A stretch of DNA of 64,000 nucleotides from Candidatus Bathyarchaeota archaeon. GTDB taxonomy: Archaea > Thermoproteota > Bathyarchaeia > 40CM-2-53-6. Position 1 is the first letter of the stretch; every line of letters begins with the position of its first letter. Under the pieces are notes generated by a model. That model had not been told where the DNA came from, ran no database searches, and was given only the letters and a program-made list of their open reading frames with translations. The translations under genes and the position numbers were made by a program. Positions 63,075-64,000 of the stretch are shown one piece after another. The DNA is taken from assembly GCA_963726255.1 (NCBI GenBank), contig CAVSBL010000002.1:1540122-1604121 (forward strand). The letters run 5' to 3'.

Positions 63075-63723
63075 GTAGTTGCCACACACTTCGAAGGTTG
63101 TCGATCGTTAGTTGACCGTCCGCAGTCCTGGACGCTTCGTTGAGTGAAGCGAACGTAAATTCAGCGCCGAACAGCGGCGAAAGGATTCTGGATGGAATGC
63201 CTTGCTGGCCCATGGCGAACGACACTAGCCTCGTTTTTGATGATTCTTCTTCGAGAAAGTGTAGAATGTTCAGATTATCGTGCGGATGAACCGCGGTCGT
63301 AACTACCTTACAGATATCGCTCCCGGTCTTAATTTGTGAATACAAGGTTTCTTTCAGTTCATTTGGCGATGGCGTTTTCGAGAAGTTATGGAACGATAGT
63401 ATCACTTCGGCACCGCGCGACCTTAGCTCAGGAATGGTCGCCCTGGTTAGAGGGGAAGCAGTGTCTAAGTCTACGAATTCAAACCCCGCCGAGGCAGCTT
63501 CTAACAGAAGCTTCTTGGTCGTGGCAACGTCTCGACGTGACTTATCGGTAGCTATCGCTGGGCAAGTCTTCTTCTTTGCAATCTGCTCAAGCGTTCCAGA
63601 GTTGTTTAGGTTATCGAGCCTGAACTCTACCAAGTCTGGTTTCTTCTGTGATATTGCATTCAGTAGATTGTCGAGGGTCTCACTGCCATCTACCATGACG
63701 GAGAGGCAGATCCTGCAGGTCAG
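63061..63723 (-). CDS. aroD: Type I 3-dehydroquinate dehydratase; probable CTG start
   Basis: DLVEFRLD, ILSFHNF, FAMG motifs. The first strand RICLSV lies upstream of the first ATG (63696) with no in-frame ATG/GTG/TTG. CTG 63723-63721 overlaps the upstream TGA (CTGA). Confidence 0.8.
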   Translation of the reverse strand: MTCRICLSVMVDGSETLDNLLNAISQKKPDLVEFRLDNLNNSGTLEQIAKKKTCPAIATDKSRRDVATTKKLLLEAASAGFEFVDLDTASPLTRATIPELRSRGAEVILSFHNFSKTPSPNELKETLYSQIKTGSDICKVVTTAVHPHDNLNILHFLEEESSKTRLVSFAMGQQGIPSRILSPLFGAEFTFASLNEASRTADGQLTIDNLRSVWQLLGVQ

Positions 63724-64000
63724 CGTTCTATCACCATTTCATCGGCTACCAGAGTTCCAAAGTGGCGTCCGCCATCTTCGACCCTCACCAAGACTTCGTC
63801 CCCCGCTTTGAGCTCCGAGACTGACTTCGAACCTCCATTTGAGACAAGACGCACCGTTTCAGCGTTTTGCACGATCAGTGAGAACGAGCGCCCGTCAACT
63901 TCCGCTTCGACAAGAATCATAGGTCTTCGTTCGATTTTCACACGCCCCACGTGCCCCAGTCTTGCACGTCCCGACCGGTTCACGATCAGGACTTCATCGC
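63720..64000 (-). CDS. aroB: 3-dehydroquinate synthase II (archaeal AroB'), C-terminal part; continues beyond window
   Basis: GRVKIERRPMILVEAEVDG...IVQNAETVRLV...GDEVLV is typical of the DHQ synthase II C-terminus. The ORF is open at the window edge. Confidence 0.75.
   Translation of the reverse strand, partial: DEVLIVNRSGRARLGHVGRVKIERRPMILVEAEVDGRSFSLIVQNAETVRLVSNGGSKSVSELKAGDEVLVRVEDGGRHFGTLVADEMVIER

Overview
The window is an archaeal chromosomal segment, densely coded on both strands. I found no rRNA, convincing tRNA, CRISPR array, transposase or integrase.

From about 22 kb onward it is mostly conserved information-processing and core-metabolism genes:
- Translation and RNA maturation: Nob1, NAD kinase, aIF5A with deoxyhypusine synthase, Hsp20, PAC2, SRP54.
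- L21e-RpoF-DUF655-(DinB)-KsgA-TrmJ, then L10e, Dph2 and Csl4-RpoL-TFS.
- Replication: PCNA, PriL, PriS, GINS.
- L44e-S27e-aIF2alpha-Nop10, AglB/STT3, GcvT/GcvH, CDP-archaeol synthase, RadB and a Clp1-like kinase.
- A complete archaeal-type shikimate operon (DHQ synthase II, aroD, aroE, GHMP-type shikimate kinase, aroA, aroC). It converges on a chorismate mutase-aminotransferase fusion plus tyrA.

The first ~22 kb is more accessory. It holds pyruvate kinase (truncated by the window edge), two radical SAM enzymes (one with a full SPASM domain next to TldD/PmbA), ALDH, a GlcG-like protein, a metallophosphoesterase + nucleotidyltransferase-fold pair, an APC permease, methyltransferases, NUDIX, a sequon-rich repeat surface protein and several hypotheticals.

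Observations worth a second look:
1. Three conserved genes (nob1, aIF5A, aroD) have their conserved N-termini upstream of any ATG/GTG/TTG, and each fits a CTG start. Two of these sit in CTGA start/stop overlaps.
2. Two paralogous intergenic elements of about 160-330 nt (near 2.5 kb and 9.2 kb) have an unclear coding or RNA nature.
3. A recurring same-strand bipartite motif, (GT)n-GTGCGC-N7-15-CACAAAC, has six copies between 10 and 22 kb. Pairs of copies flank the SPASM gene and a 46-codon membrane ORF. Its GCGCAACATTA core recurs at 27.8 and 30.1 kb.
4. PriS and AglB each carry a deletion-type frameshift, and there is a frameshifted LLM-oxidoreductase remnant.

I cannot demonstrate a complete new multi-gene system from sequence alone.
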